From contig CM068743.1 in the NCBI GenBank assembly GCA_035084275.1, positions 134,354,001 through 134,418,000 of the forward strand: DNA of 64,000 bases, given 5' to 3'. This document shows positions 50,679 through 64,000 of this stretch, piece after piece (within the stretch, counting starts at the first letter, position 1; each line of letters begins with the position of its first letter). The notes below the pieces were generated by a model that searched no databases, was not told the origin of the DNA, and saw only the letters and a list, made by a program, of their open reading frames with translations. The DNA comes from Hydrolagus colliei. Lineage: Eukaryota. The translations under genes were made by a program, and so were the position numbers.

Positions 50679-52525
50679 CCCAATATACAGCTTGGCCAGC
50701 TCTAGCACAACAACAACAAAAAAAAAAACTTTGATTTATATAGCGCCCTCCACGCCGCACGGCATCTCAACTGAATAGCACAACTATTTCAAAGAATGTA
50801 TGCACGCGTGTGTGTAGGTGGGGGTGGGGAATGGGGGGGGGGGGCACGTGGGGGAGGTAGCATGTCTTTCCTGCATATATGGGGACCTGTTGATGTGCTA
50901 ACTCTCATTTGATCACTTAAAAAAATGTTATGTGCCAATTAGGACTATCGGTGTTATTTGGCAAATCACACATCACAGCTTTCAGGCCATATTCAGGCAG
51001 GTGGTGACATATTTTCAGACACGTTTCCACTGTGACATTGGGAAAGGATCCAGCCATGTGAGTTTGTGGCGTACAAGGCCGGTGGGAGGGAAAGGGTTGT
51101 CGGCATTTAGTTCACTGTTTGTAATGTTATTTAATCCCAAACGCAATGTATATTCACTCACTCAGTACTTTATTCAAACTCTACACATCAACCTCTTTCA
51201 AAATCTGCAAGTCACTCTTCCCAGAATCCTTTTATACTTGCATCCTCCATATTCAATTGCCGTTTACTGATGTTGTTAAAGCAATAAGCAACACTAGTGA
51301 GCAACTCTTCCTGATTTTTGTCTGCTGGCAGCACACTATATTTCAACCGCAGGATGCTTGAATGTTTCCAGTGGAAATTCGTAATATTTAAATAGGCTCC
51401 CTACCATCACTAGCGAAAAATAATGGCCTGGTAATTGTAGCTATTTGCCAGTGCCTGCCAAGAGCGAGATCCTGCCAGTGTTCCTTTCCCCGAAGCCTAC
51501 AGTCAGCTTCAGGTCAGGCTCGCAATCTGAGGAGGCAGTAAATGTATGTGTGTTTCTGTGAGGGCTTGCTTGAAACCCAACTCCAAAACTCCAATCAAGG
51601 GCATGGTCAAGCTCACACTCCTTCTATGGATGTGCACAATGTAAATTTAATCAGCTCCTGGATTATGTCCTGCCTCTTTTCTCATTTTATCCATCCCTCC
51701 TTGAAGTAATTTTCATACATCCTCATGAAATGCTTTGATAATATGACCTAGTGACAGGGCAAAATCAACCATCATTGTAAAAGGGCCATGCAATTTTCTA
51801 ATAGCTGGAAAGCCATTGTAAAAAATGAAACAATGTTTTGAGTGTTATCGTTCCTTTTTTTAATTAAATTTATCCCCAAATGTTTATCAAAAGGTTACAA
51901 TTTACTGCATGTAAGGTTGTTACGGCCGGCAAAAGGAATCCTGACTCCCAAAGCAAACTTTCTTTGTCTCTGCTTCACGGAAAAAGCAATGAGGAACGCT
52001 CATCAATACAGGTATTTGGCAGGTCTCCAGGACCCAGGGTAATTTGTTCTATTGGACTAATCAAAGGCTTAATCTTAAATAGCCTCTGAGTTATCTACAT
52101 GACTCCGAATGCTCGGGTTAGTCGTTGGAACAGTGAAAGATTGACAACAGTTATTAAAAGAGCATAGGTACTGCTCCATAGCACATACACTATCCCTCCT
52201 TATCTAACCAAACACAGACTTATCCCTTCCTAATTATGGCAATGTTTTCTAGTGACTGTTACCCTTCCTTGACACTCTTCAAGGAAGACCGAGATGTTTA
52301 TCAAGCAAGCATTTTGCAGAAATTTGAATTTTTCCCATAATTTAGTTCACATTTTAATAAAATACATCTTTCTGCACAGTTATTAAACGAAGGAACCTTT
52401 GTACTTTCTACATTATTAACTACGCAAACAGTGCACAATAATAAATGTTCTCGACTATACAAACAGTGCATATTAACAGAAAGCAATTTATGGTGAGTCC
52501 CAGACCTTAGAGCACCTTAATACAG

Positions 52526-52835
52526 TAATAATAATAATCCTAGCATTTGATATAGCACTTTTTACATCTCTGGACGTCTGAAAGCGCTTCACAGAATATA
52601 CCGTACAGAGAATTTACTGTATATTTGTGGGCAAAATGCGGCAGCCAATTACGCACAGTAGTGTCCTCACAAACAGTCTTGGATTGAAATTACCAATTTT
52701 ATTATTGATTTTTTTGGAGAGATTATCATAAGGCATGTGGAGTAAGGAAACTTGCCCAAGGTTTCTCCCTGACCTGCCAGGATTCGAACCCAGGTCTCAC
52801 GCTTGTAAGGCATATGCTCTAACCACTGAGTTACA
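52526..52835 (-). mobile_element. tRNA-SINE, full length
   Basis: B box GGTTCGAATCC on the minus strand. Confidence 0.9.
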
Positions 52836-52844
52836 GTCTTTCTC

Positions 52845-54270
52845 TCAAAATCCTCTTTGTCTACCATGCCCCCAAGTACTCCACCACCTTCTTCTCAGAC
52901 ATCTTCACCCTCCTATCTTCCCAACCCATCTGCTGCGAACGCCTCTTTATCTTGGACGATTTCAAGCTCCCTCCACTTCACCCTTCTCCTCCTCTACCTC
53001 TGCTGACTTCTCTCTCCTCCTCTCCTCCCTCAACCTCTCCCTCCACATCCACTCTGCCATCCACATCCCTCGACCAGTTGATCACCTGGGGCCTCACAGT
53101 CATCACCATCACTAATAAAGCCATTTCAGACCACCATTTCATCTCCCTTATCACCTGCCTACTCCTTTCCCCTACTCAACTCTCTAACATCACCTACCAC
53201 CCCTGGAAAAAAAAACCTCCCTCTCCTTCTCCGCTGCCCTCGAATCATCTGAACTCCTGCCCCTCGGGCCCTCACGGACTGATCTACTCTCTTCCTTCTC
53301 TTTTCTCCACAACTTCCCTCACTTCTATCTTTGACACCCTTGCCCACTTCGCCTCCTGAACCACTTCATACTCCTGTATATCTCCCTGGTACACCAGCCA
53401 ACTCCGATCCCTCACCACACAAGTGCGAGCTGCCGAATACACCCGGACCAAAACCAAACTAATGGTCCATCAGCAGAGTTAGCATGATCACACCAAGATA
53501 CTGCTCCTCCCTCACCTCTGTCAAATCTTCCTTCTACTGTAAGATAATCTTGGAAGCCAAAGATAATCCTAGGCCCCTCTTCTCCACCAATAACCGCCTC
53601 CTCCGTCCACCTTCCCAGGCCTTGCCCTTTCCTCTAATTCCAACTGCGAGGAGACACTGAACTTCCTCAAATCCAAAGTTAAGGGGACCTGTTCAGCTAC
53701 CTCTACCCCGTCTACCACTATCTCATGACCCAATCTCCCAACCATCCCCCCAAGCAACTTTCACCTGATCTCTCCCTCAGCTCCACCATCCCTAAAGAAG
53801 CCCAACATCTGCTCTCTCAACCCCATCCATACCTCTCTCCTCATCTCTCAGATCCACCTCCTGGCTCCTATCCTAACCCACATCATCCACCTCAGCCCTG
53901 GTCAAACTCTCATTCATACCTTCATTAAATCCAGGCTCAACTGTGCCAACATCATGCTTGTTGGTCCCTCCAATTCCTCCTTCCATAGGCTACAGATCAT
54001 CCAGAATTCTGCAGCCCGTGTTCTCTCCCGCACCAGACTCCGCGAACCTATCACTCCCATTCTCACCCAACTCCACTGGCTGACCATCACACAGAGGATT
54101 CAATTCAAGATCCTGGTCCTCATCTTGAAAGCCCTCCATGGCCTCACCCCACCCTACCTCTGTGAGCTCTTAAACCCTTACCAACCTATCCATTCTCTCC
54201 TCACAGGAGCTCTGGCCTGCTCCATGTCCCCTGACCCACCCTCCATACCATGTAATTCTGTTGTTGTTGT
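52845..54270 (+). mobile_element. L2 LINE: APE endonuclease region joined to the 3' end, RT core missing
   Basis: ILDDFKL (degenerate ILGDFN) and AISDHH motifs; later HRLQIIQNSAARVL…LHWL…IQFKIL. Confidence 0.8.
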
Positions 54271-54271
54271 A

Positions 54272-54430
54272 GCATAGTGATTAGCGCACTAGCCTTGCAA
54301 GCAAGATAACCTGGGTTTGATTCCTGGGCAGGGCAAAACCTTAGTCAAGTTTCCTTACTCCAAATGCCTTTGTTTACCTAGCAGTAAGTATGAAGCAGGT
54401 TGTTAGTCCATTGGCGGAAAGCTTTTCATG
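54272..54430 (+). mobile_element. tRNA-SINE long-variant 5' part
   Basis: Head plus GTTTACCTAGCAGTAAGTA module. Confidence 0.8.
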
Positions 54431-55143
54431 GGTTATGGTTTCTGCCAGTGCAAATAGCAAGTGGGCTAGTCTTCTCAGATATCCCTTAACACCGGGTTAC
54501 ACTGTTTGCAATGTAAGAATGTGCATGCTGTGCGGGCAGCAGCTTGTAAGATTTAAACAAATTCATGCACCTGGGTATTCACATTGTGTGAATAGCCATC
54601 TTCGGATACAAATTATTATTAATAATTTGTTATTAATAGAAAACATTTAAATTATAGTCACAGCCAGTAGCCCTTTCCTCAGAGCGCCAGGCAGCTCAGC
54701 AGTCATTCATTTACCTGTTCTAATCAACCACAGAGATTGATATCACCGGTGGCCACATATTAATAACTATTGAGAGCAAATTGTGGGCTATTATGTTAAT
54801 TGGACTGTACCCCACCTCAAATACAATAAGGATTTAGTGACAATGCAGTTCAAGTATTTCAAACATTGCACACTTATCATAGACAATGAATGATGCAATG
54901 AGAGAACCACAGAGGTGTCAGAGGTGATAATATCCGAGTTACAAAGGTCTCTTGCTCCGTGTTACATGAGTTCTGTTAAAGGATTGGATTCTAGGGTAAA
55001 TTAGCTTTATTCATTCCATTCTTAAATTATTAAGTTATCTAGAGAAGTATCTTGAGGGAGTATTGAAAGGCATAGGGACAGATGAAGGATGAGATGATGC
55101 TTGTTATCATAGCAGAAGAATGTCTCAAAGTGCTTCACAGGAT

Positions 55144-55544
55144 TCACTATGAAATGGAGTAACTGTATTTATAGGAAGCACAATTGCGCACAGCAACAAG
55201 TGACCAATTTTATTTGGGGGATTGTTGGCTTGGACACTGGGAGAAATTCCCTTCACATTTTGAATAGTGCTTAGAGATATTTAATTTCCACCTGAACAAG
55301 CATACGGGACCTCAGTTAGTATCTCAAAGGGCAAAGCACCTCCAAACATAACCCCCACCAAACCTCCAAAAATATCCCCCCCCCACCCCGCACCTGATTC
55401 TGCCCTTTGAATCAGATGCTAACCGAAGTCCCGTATGCTTGTTCAGGTGGAAATTAAATTGGTCACTTGTTTCATAGCTTTTTGGAATACATTGCTGTGC
55501 GCAATTGTGCTACCTGTAAATACAGTTACTCCATTTCACAGTGA
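55144..55544. repeat. Long inverted repeat of a DeuSINE-like fragment
   Basis: Arms 55144-55333 and 55401-55544, including a perfect 31-bp block. Confidence 0.9.
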
Positions 55545-57594
55545 TGGGCTGAATGACCATGTTCATAAAAACAACATAAAACATGTCCATATACTTATTA
55601 ACAGCATCATTTTCAAACCAGCCATATCACGATTAACCCATTTTCTAAAAGTTATTGTAATCTATCTGTAAAATAAGGTACAAAAATATTATTTTGATTC
55701 AAATGAATACGTGTGAATAAAATAATATAAGCATTATTAAACGAAACAAGCATTTTATAAATGTTTCTAGCCCTTTCTAATAAGATTCAATATTAAGACT
55801 TAAAGCAAGAAAATATTAATATTTTTACAGAAATGAAGTCACTAAAGATTTTCAGTACTTAAAGGTTCAGGTGTAGATTAAAAATTATTGTCACTAAGAG
55901 AAGTGGATTACCAGTTAATTAAACACTAATTTGTTGTTCGGCACTGAAACTTTAAGAGCTTGTGTGTTTAAGTCTTCTTTCTGTTAGTATAATGTATACA
56001 AACTCTGCTAATTTGCAATGCTAGTTCAAACTTATTGAAACATTATTTTCAAAATATATTGTTGAACCTGGAGACAAATACAACCAAACTCTGTGTTTGG
56101 GGGAAGCTTCCCTTTCCATATGTTTCGCTTTGTTTAATCTCGGTTGGTGAAAGTTTACAAATGGTTCCCACGTTGCCTGAAAGCAAGGAGTTAAGCACAT
56201 ATTCCTGCCATTCCCTTCATATGAATACACCCTTCCCCACACCCACCACCTGCTGTTAAAAATACACCAGACAATGGGTCTCAGCTCCAGTCTTGGCAGA
56301 TGTGAAGATGCCCAGAGGTCTCTCAGATGTTTTGCTCCTGGGTCACGTGAGGTTACCAGGAAAAGGAGGAAAATTATCGAGGAATTTCAAAGGTCACTTC
56401 TGGACAAAAATAGTGAAAATTGCACACATGTCAAGTAAAAACAAAAGTAATGACTTGTCTGAAGTCTGGCTATCAGGCCTCTGAGAACTGGGCAACTAAG
56501 TGTTTCAAATAGGTCTTCGGGGAAAGGGGTGTAAAAATAGAATTTCAATGGAAAAAGGAAACCTTTAAGTTCACTGTTTTATTCCACTTGGATACACACT
56601 CAAAGACTGGTTAACACAGCTTTGTAAGTCCGCAATGTTATTTGTTTTATTGTAAATGAGTGGTATTTTAATTTAATAAACCATCTTAATGCAACAGCTA
56701 TTTAAGTTTTATTCACATTATGGGTATCTCGGTTGGTTGAGCAGTAGAATTGAAATGGAAAGGTTCGGGGTTGAAATACCGTTTTGAGGTTGATAAAATT
56801 AGATTCAAGTTTAAACAACAATAACAACAAAATTACACTTGTGTAGCGCCTGTCACATCAGGAGGACATCCCGAGGCGCTGGACAAATAGCCATCCAGCA
56901 GAGGGAGGTGAATCAGATCTCTGAGACTCTGAGATACAAACCATGCAAAAAAACAGGTAGGTTTCCAGTCCCAGTCTCACTGGTACATTGAGGATCAGTA
57001 CCTCTCCACAGAAACCGGAGGAAAAGTTGTCAATGACAGACTCAAAGTTGCATTTGTGTCCTCAACTATATAGTCTTAAAACAGTCTCGCCTAGACACCA
57101 TCTTACTCCCTTTAATATTTTTGTCAGTCAGCCCACCTCGGGAAACAGTGAACAGAGTCCAGATTCTGCAGGGAATCATCCAACTCTTGCCAACCCATAT
57201 TGAATACACTCCAATTGATGCCTAGCTAGGACCACCCTAAGGTTTGCATGGTTAACAAGAGCTCAATTAGAAGAATCCCTTCCTCCAGTGACCAACCGGC
57301 CCCTCCAAGTCCTATTGATGCTCCAGATAGGCTGGCTGGCCTATCTGGAGCAATGACCTGGAGTACTGGGACCTAATTAGCTCAAGAACCAGACCACCAA
57401 GACCGCCAAGAGAGTTGACTCGATTCCGACATTCCATTATCAGGTTTGTCACCTTGGAACCAGTTCAGCTCTAAGGAGACCAGTTTCATGTTTGGATGCA
57501 TGGTTATTCAATGGGAAATGAATGCAAGCAAACATTTTTTCACAGCCACATTGATGGAGTCCTGAGAGACGGGGTGGTCTTTGAAAAGGTGTGA

Positions 57595-57920
57595 GCCTGG
57601 TTCAGTTGATGCTACTCTCGCCGCTCAGTCAGCAAGTTGTGGGTTCAAAGCCCATTTTTTGGAATTTGAATTTATAGCCTAAGGTGGCAGATGGCACTCC
57701 TTGAATGAGATTTTAAACCAAGATCCCATTTGCCTTTTCAGGTAAGTGTTAAATATCCCAAGGCACTAATTCAAAAAGAGAACAGAATTCTCCTGGTGTT
57801 CTGTCCGATCATTTCCCAGATAAACTTAGCCATTCACTACATGGCTTTTTGCAGGATGTTGCTATGCACAAAAGTGTCTGCCACAATTGCTTACAAAATA
57901 CAGTTACTACACTTTACAGC
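57595..57920 (+). mobile_element. Old SacSINE1/DeuSINE-like element
   Basis: ACTCTCGCC…GTTGTGGGTTCAAA…TTCAGGT…ATCCCAAGGCACTA…TTGCTATGCACAAA. Confidence 0.65.
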
Positions 57921-57956
57921 AAATCATATGAAGCACATTCAGTTGACATCCAAATG

Positions 57957-58215
57957 CAACAACAACAATTTACATTTATAGAGCGCCTTTCACGTCGGGA
58001 GGACGTCCCAAGGCGCTGAACAAGAGGCGTTTGACCCGAGCTGGGAGGGGAGTGTTTGGGAAGGGGTGAAACACGAAGGGGAGGTAAAAGAGTTCGGGGT
58101 GGAACAAAAGGCACAATCGAAGAGGAAAGTCTTCAAACCGGCCTTGAAAGAGGAAAGGGAAGAGACGAAACGGAGGGATTGAGGGATGGCATTGCATAAG
58201 GTGGGAGCGGAGAAA
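57957..58215 (-). mobile_element. L2 3' end (type A tail)
   Basis: Intact hairpin AGCGCCTTGGGACGTCCTCCCGACGTGAAAGGCGCT on the minus strand. Confidence 0.88.
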
Positions 58216-61200
58216 CTGAAGGCAAGGATTATTATGATGCACAGTTGTAGAGAGCAGCTGTAAAGGGCTCTGGTTATTGTTCATGTTATCCAATGATCAT
58301 CCAGTTGCTTTAAGCACCACCAGGATGGCAACTTGCTGTAATATCTTTGGAAAAAAATATAAAGTGAAACTAGTTTTCATATTCACCAATTTTTAGCCAA
58401 TGTAGAACTTTGTTTTGGTGGCCGTTTTGTTATGTAATGGGCCTGACATTTGTTTCCTGACATTAGATTTCCCCCCAACTACTGAGCATTACATTTGTAT
58501 AATCAGTTGTACTGAAGTTAGGAGTTTATTTATTTTCAGCAGCCCATTTAATTTCATGTAAGAATTTCTGATCATGAATACAGCAAAACTAATTGTGCAT
58601 GAAAAGTACCAGTTGTATAATATTGAGAAATACAGGCAGTAAAGAGATAAAAATAAATTTCCTGGAGATTCTTTGTTTCAAATGTACAGTATATACAATA
58701 CTGTACAATTTCAGATCAACTCATTTGTGCAGGAGATAAGACTAGATTTGCTATATTGGAAACTGGAATCAGTACATGAATTTCACATTGGGATCTGTGG
58801 AAATTCTGAAAGAAGACAACCCCTTCTTCAGGTTCACTTGAACTCCATGAGAATAAAATGAAACAGCCAATATGAAAAGTGCTAGCTAAACAGCTCATTT
58901 GAAGCAGACTTTCTTTTAATATCAAGTTATAATAATTGGGCCATAAATGTCAATAAATTCCCTCATTTCCCCAGATAAGTAGCAAATGCCACATCTTGTA
59001 ATTCAGAGTAAGCACTCAAACAAGAAAACGATTCAGTGAATTAAATCAGCAGGCAGTGGGGCTATGTAACAGCAGACCAGCCTTATAGCTCTGTCAGTGA
59101 CTTGACTCCCGTACCACAAGGTCATGAATTTCAGTCTACAGGATGTCTGATGCTCATGTTTGTTTGCCTCAGTTTGGTGAATGTAATCAGTTCTCACTAA
59201 TATAACTTTACACAATGTGTTCCACATGGGAGGTGGAAGAGGATATATGAATATGCAGAACCATTTACTATAAATGTGCCGTGTTGGCAGGGTGCAGCAT
59301 ATTTGAATACCTTGGCTTTGGAGCAAAGGATTAATGAAATACGATCTTCCATCCTGTTGACTTTCCAACTGCTGTGGAGATTGTGAGGTGGCATTTGCAT
59401 CTTCTAACAGGTGGCAGAAGAAACCGAGGTAAACTTTGTCACAACTAGCTCTCATACACCGCTAAGCGACCGACAAAACTTTTATCATTAAAGATCTGGG
59501 AACAGGTCAGTTAGGAAATGCATAGTCCCATTTAGACTAATGTGGAGTATAAACACCAACTTGGACCAGTTGAAATGAATGGCCAGTTCACACACAATCT
59601 ATGTGAATCTACGTAACAGTGTAGTGAGATGAGAAAGGGAGGAGGAGAAAAGAGGGGAAAATCAGAGAAAAACCTACTTACCCAATAGATAATTACCAAT
59701 ATGTGCCAATACTTCTCATGGAGTACATGGCACCCCAGATAATCTGATTCCAATCCGTTTTTTAAAATTTTTGAATAATGTTTTAAATTAAAATTTGGGT
59801 TTAGACAATAGAAGCACATCCAAAACAAAAAGTATAAAGTTAAACAAGCAGACACATTGCCATCATATATAACAATAGGACAAGTGTAATACATACCATA
59901 TGAATTTGCTGTTCATTTCACCAAACTACCTATCTATCCCTGTTGGCATGATATCAATATACAAGGCACGTCAGAGATCATCAGCCTGCATCCTTTCCAA
60001 AAGCCAGGAAGATCAAGAGGAGGGAGGAGTCCAGGTCAGAACTCATAGCCCGCAATCATTCCAGCCAGAGAACGGATGTGTGGTAGTGTGCAGCCTCCAT
60101 GGGAAGATGGATAGCGAGTGAGAGTATTTTTTAAAAAAAACATGTACTTAAATGTAGCTGAGAACAACAACGGCAGCCTCTCAATGGGCCAAAGCACATC
60201 AAAGCATAGGCTTCTCAACTATCCCAATTGGAAAAGAGAGTCAAACAGACAAGTGTCTTAACAGAAATAGAAGAGAAAATCAGAAAAGTAGCAAACTGGG
60301 GTGTTGCTAGTTGCTGAGACATGAAGGGAGACAGAAATAAGAAAGGAACAAATAATGTCCCACCAGGCCTCTCCCGCCCTCCCCCCCACCCCACTCCCCC
60401 CTCGCCACCCAACAGGAAGGCTGCATCCCAATGCTGAATGCCAACATTATTAACGTTATTACAGTAGTACAATTCTTCAATTCATAAAGTCAAACTCTGG
60501 GAGCTTTCCAGTCCATACCACTAATAAAAGTGCTGGTAAAGCATAAATGAATTGGCAAACCTCAGTCGTGTCATTTAAAGTATTGCATGCGTGCACAAAA
60601 ACTGAGCTGAAATTAAACGTTCCGACATGTACAAAAAGAAACTGATACAACATGGTTAAGGGCTCTCACAGCATTTGAATACCATATATGTTATATATCA
60701 ATTACCCCTGAATAGCTTGACAATGATATGGAATAGATGCATTAAAAGAATAACTGCAGAATTTCTAGAATTGAAAGGACAACATGTGGGTGCTGTATGG
60801 CTGAGCAGTGAATTACAGTGGTAATCAGGAAGGTTATTAACCTGCAGCATGAACGGACATCCCCATGTGATTCTGTTCATTGTTACTGAGCAAATACCTT
60901 TTGTGTGACTTAGAAGTAAACCAGACGGCCAGAATAAGGTTAACCTTGATGGTGACACCAACCACAGTGCTACCATATGCTGGGAACATGCTCCCTTTGC
61001 TTCTCTCTACAGTGAAAGCTGAAGGACTGCATTATGAGTCTTGCGCTGAGCATATCTGAGGCCTATTTAGAACATCAACACCATCAATCACATAATGTAG
61101 TGGAGACCAGCTGGATGAACCTTTGCTGTCATGCTGGGTTATTTGTCGTCTGGGCATGTCTGCTCTACACATAGCACTCCTTCAGTCCCAGAACAATTTT

Positions 61201-63767
61201 CTTTCCTCCAAAATATCCCGTTTGATTCAGGAAACACATGATTAATAAAGCAGACGAGTTTAAAGATGAAGGTCAAGGCAAAGACTCTAAACCAAACAAA
61301 ATGTTACTCGTGTTTGTTTCACCGTTCGAGATCAGATCTCATTACTCATTTGTGAAGCACAACATTATTGCACAGCTCTGTGTGTATCAAAGAGCACAGA
61401 CAAAGAAAACGAGACAAAATTGAGGTGGGAACTCAATTGTGTGTATTGGAAAACTAAAATAAAAAAAACCAAATTAAGTTCCACATTATACATTTTGCAA
61501 GAGTTTCCAACACACATACAAACAGAGTCCAATTGACTTTGGAATTGATAGCATTACATAGCTGACTGTTAGGATGTTCCATTTCAATTATTTCCTCCTT
61601 GATTGCTCAATCTTCCGCATTCTGCGCTATGTACGTGGAGATGATAGTGACAATTTCTAGAGATTCCTTAATAAAGATACCTTTCAGAGAGGTCAGCATC
61701 AAGTGCTTCCAGTTACAAATACCAGCTTAGACACGATAGGTCAAATGGCCTTCTTCTATGCCGTAAAATTCTATGGTTCCATGGTTCTAGGTAGGAGTCC
61801 TGGCTTGTTGAGGAACACTCCTTGAAATCATCACTTAATTCACCTCATTGTTGGTTCAGTGATTCCATAAGTCTCATTTAAGCTGCATATTTGATGTTGG
61901 TGCAGTGTTTGCGAGGCTCCAGTGTCAGGAGAACAGCAGATTGTCACAGGAAACTGTGAAGAAAGTGACCATGCACTGGAAGCAATGACTGCGATACAAT
62001 TCCAGTTAGTGCGCGGTCAGTGTTTAAAAACTAATTTGCTGCTGGGCCTTTCCCATTTCCAATGAATGAATGGACTCAACAATCTTTGTATGCTGAAAAC
62101 TTTTGTGTCTGTTTTTATCACGAAAGTCTACTATCATTAGAATTGCGACTGGAAGTGGGAGGCCAGTGAGTAGAGCTCCGGGCACATGTTTGTGTTCAAG
62201 CTCACAAAGCTTTGCTTTTTTCCCCATTCAAGAATAGTAATCCCGATAACTACAGCCTTGCTGTTTCTAAAACTCCACTTGTTGGTGTAAAACTGTGGCG
62301 TACAATTATATTTAAACAGCCAGACAACAAATATCAACATCCCAACTCATTTATCTATGTTTTAAAAATATTTGAGCATAGCAACAAGATTTTGATCTGT
62401 CAAAAGATTTTGATCTTTTAATCTGTCAAATCTATAGCATTATTTTATTAAATCATGGCAGCTTTTCATATTTTAATCCCATTTCCCTGCTCTAGACATA
62501 TCTCTTCTCATATGGTTTTCAGCTGTGAATAAATCTGTTGTCAAATTTTGCAAAACAAACTGGTTCTATTTCTTGACGTCAACTTTTTCGATACTGGAAT
62601 CCTGAAAAGCCAGTCTCTTTTGCAAAGAAAATCAATAGTTTGATGAACACACATCTTCAAGCATGGGTCAAAATGTTAAAAATCCCAGCAGTTTTGGTTG
62701 TCAAACTTTTAATCGCGCATTTTAAAATTTGGTAAGTAATATATATATATATATTTAAATTGCCTGATCTGCCTGGCTCAGGAACAAATGCCACATGTTG
62801 TAATTCAAAACAGTTATTTTAAATGGCAGTGTTTTCAAAAAAAGTTTAACGATTTAGTTTTATGATCTGTTCTGTTCCGTCAGGCTCTGCCACTGTCGAG
62901 TGCTCGGAGACGCTGCCCTGCGTGAGGGGCCCTATATAAATGCAAGTGTTGTTGTTGATTTAAATTGTAATGAAATGCAATATTCGATCACTCACATAAA
63001 ATGCCATCGCAATGAAAATATAACACCATTCAGTTATTTCACCGAGATGGTGAATCAATAAACTGTAGAGATAGCAGCATTTGTCACTAAATGATGACTT
63101 CATGTAAATGCAATCAATGAGTCTCGGCAGTGCAGGCGCACAGACGCACATCGCCCTCACTGGAAGATTGATGCAGCTTCATGGTGTACCAAAGTGTTGA
63201 CATGGTCCTGCTGTGAGTCACCCTGAGGTCCGCTCGCAGCAGCAGGCCCTCCATTACTGCAAAAACACAGATGCAGGTAATGATCACAGAGTATCTGTAG
63301 TGCAGCAAAGTGTTTGCATGTGCTGTAGATGTAACAGCGACATGTTTACTAAATGTCTGTCAGCCTCAGCATCAATCCCACCAGGAAAAGTCGACATTGA
63401 AGTCTCATGTGCCTTTGATCACTTTGGGAATGCTGATCTGCCACAAGCAAATGCACTATTTAATCACCACCAAATTAAAGTGAATTAAATGTACAGCTAT
63501 CTGCTCCATTAAAAAAACACACAAAATGTGTGCCGTTACAAATTGAATAATATACCTTTGGACCCACACAGTTAAATGAAAGTTACCTTGTAGGGATACT
63601 GTGCAGAAATCAATCATGCAAATTATTTAAGGTTTAGGAACATCCAACTTCTATCACCATTAATCTACAAATAATTTCCAAATGATGAAAACCATTGATG
63701 TAATTATCTATTTTTTAAAGTGGACAATGGCAAATTATTCTATACAAATGAGATTTAAAAGATCTCT

Positions 63768-63925
63768 ATTTAAAAGAGAATTAGATCTTTATTTAGGGAG
63801 AGCAGGTCTGTTAGGTTATGGGGAGAGAGCTGGGCAGTGGGATTGATTGCTCTGTTCAAAGAGCCGGCACAGACTAGATGGGCCCAATGCCCTCCTTATG
63901 TGCCATAAAATTCTATGATTCTATG
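63768..63925 (+). mobile_element. CR1 3' terminus, same subfamily as 43892 and 46889
   Basis: GAGCCGGCACAGACTAGATGGGCC and (ATTCTATG)x2. Confidence 0.9.
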
Positions 63926-64000
63926 AAACTAGTAAATAAATTAATAAATGAAAGTTCTGTTGGTGTCATTTGCCAGCACAGCTTTTAAATGATATTCACA

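Noticed and set aside
59403-59416. Second CTCF-like motif CTAACAGGTGGCAG
   Set aside because: Two mismatches at conserved 5' core positions.
1-64000. CRISPR arrays, operons, rRNA genes or prokaryotic defence systems
   Set aside because: No regularly spaced repeats, long non-repeat ORFs or rRNA-like sequence; the content is vertebrate interspersed repeats.

Overview
This window is repeat-rich, AT-rich vertebrate genomic DNA. The repeat set points to a cartilaginous fish, possibly a holocephalan; this is an inference from remembered repeat consensuses, not a database result. I recognise no host protein-coding gene. Most long ORFs are LINE remnants or low-complexity artefacts, and only a few weak candidate exons were found. 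The main repeats are: (i) about 20 copies or fragments of a tRNA-headed SINE with CORE-like and Deu-like segments and an (ATT)n tail; (ii) many 5'-truncated or internally deleted L2 LINEs with two tail types ending in (TTG)n; (iii) old and young CR1 LINEs with (ATTCTATG)n tails; (iv) older SacSINE1/DeuSINE-like and LF-SINE-like elements; (v) Penelope-type terminal repeats with decayed hammerhead-ribozyme cores; (vi) one young Tc2/pogo-like MITE with perfect 27-bp TIRs. The most interesting structure is in the rearrangements and RNA structures. These are a near-perfect fold-back duplication of an old SINE (55144-55544), a locally templated 115-bp insertion in an L2, a 42-bp direct repeat around a possible R4/Dong-like fragment, and a covarying 3' hairpin shared by the SINE and both L2 types. 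Boundaries of degraded repeats are approximate (tens of bp).
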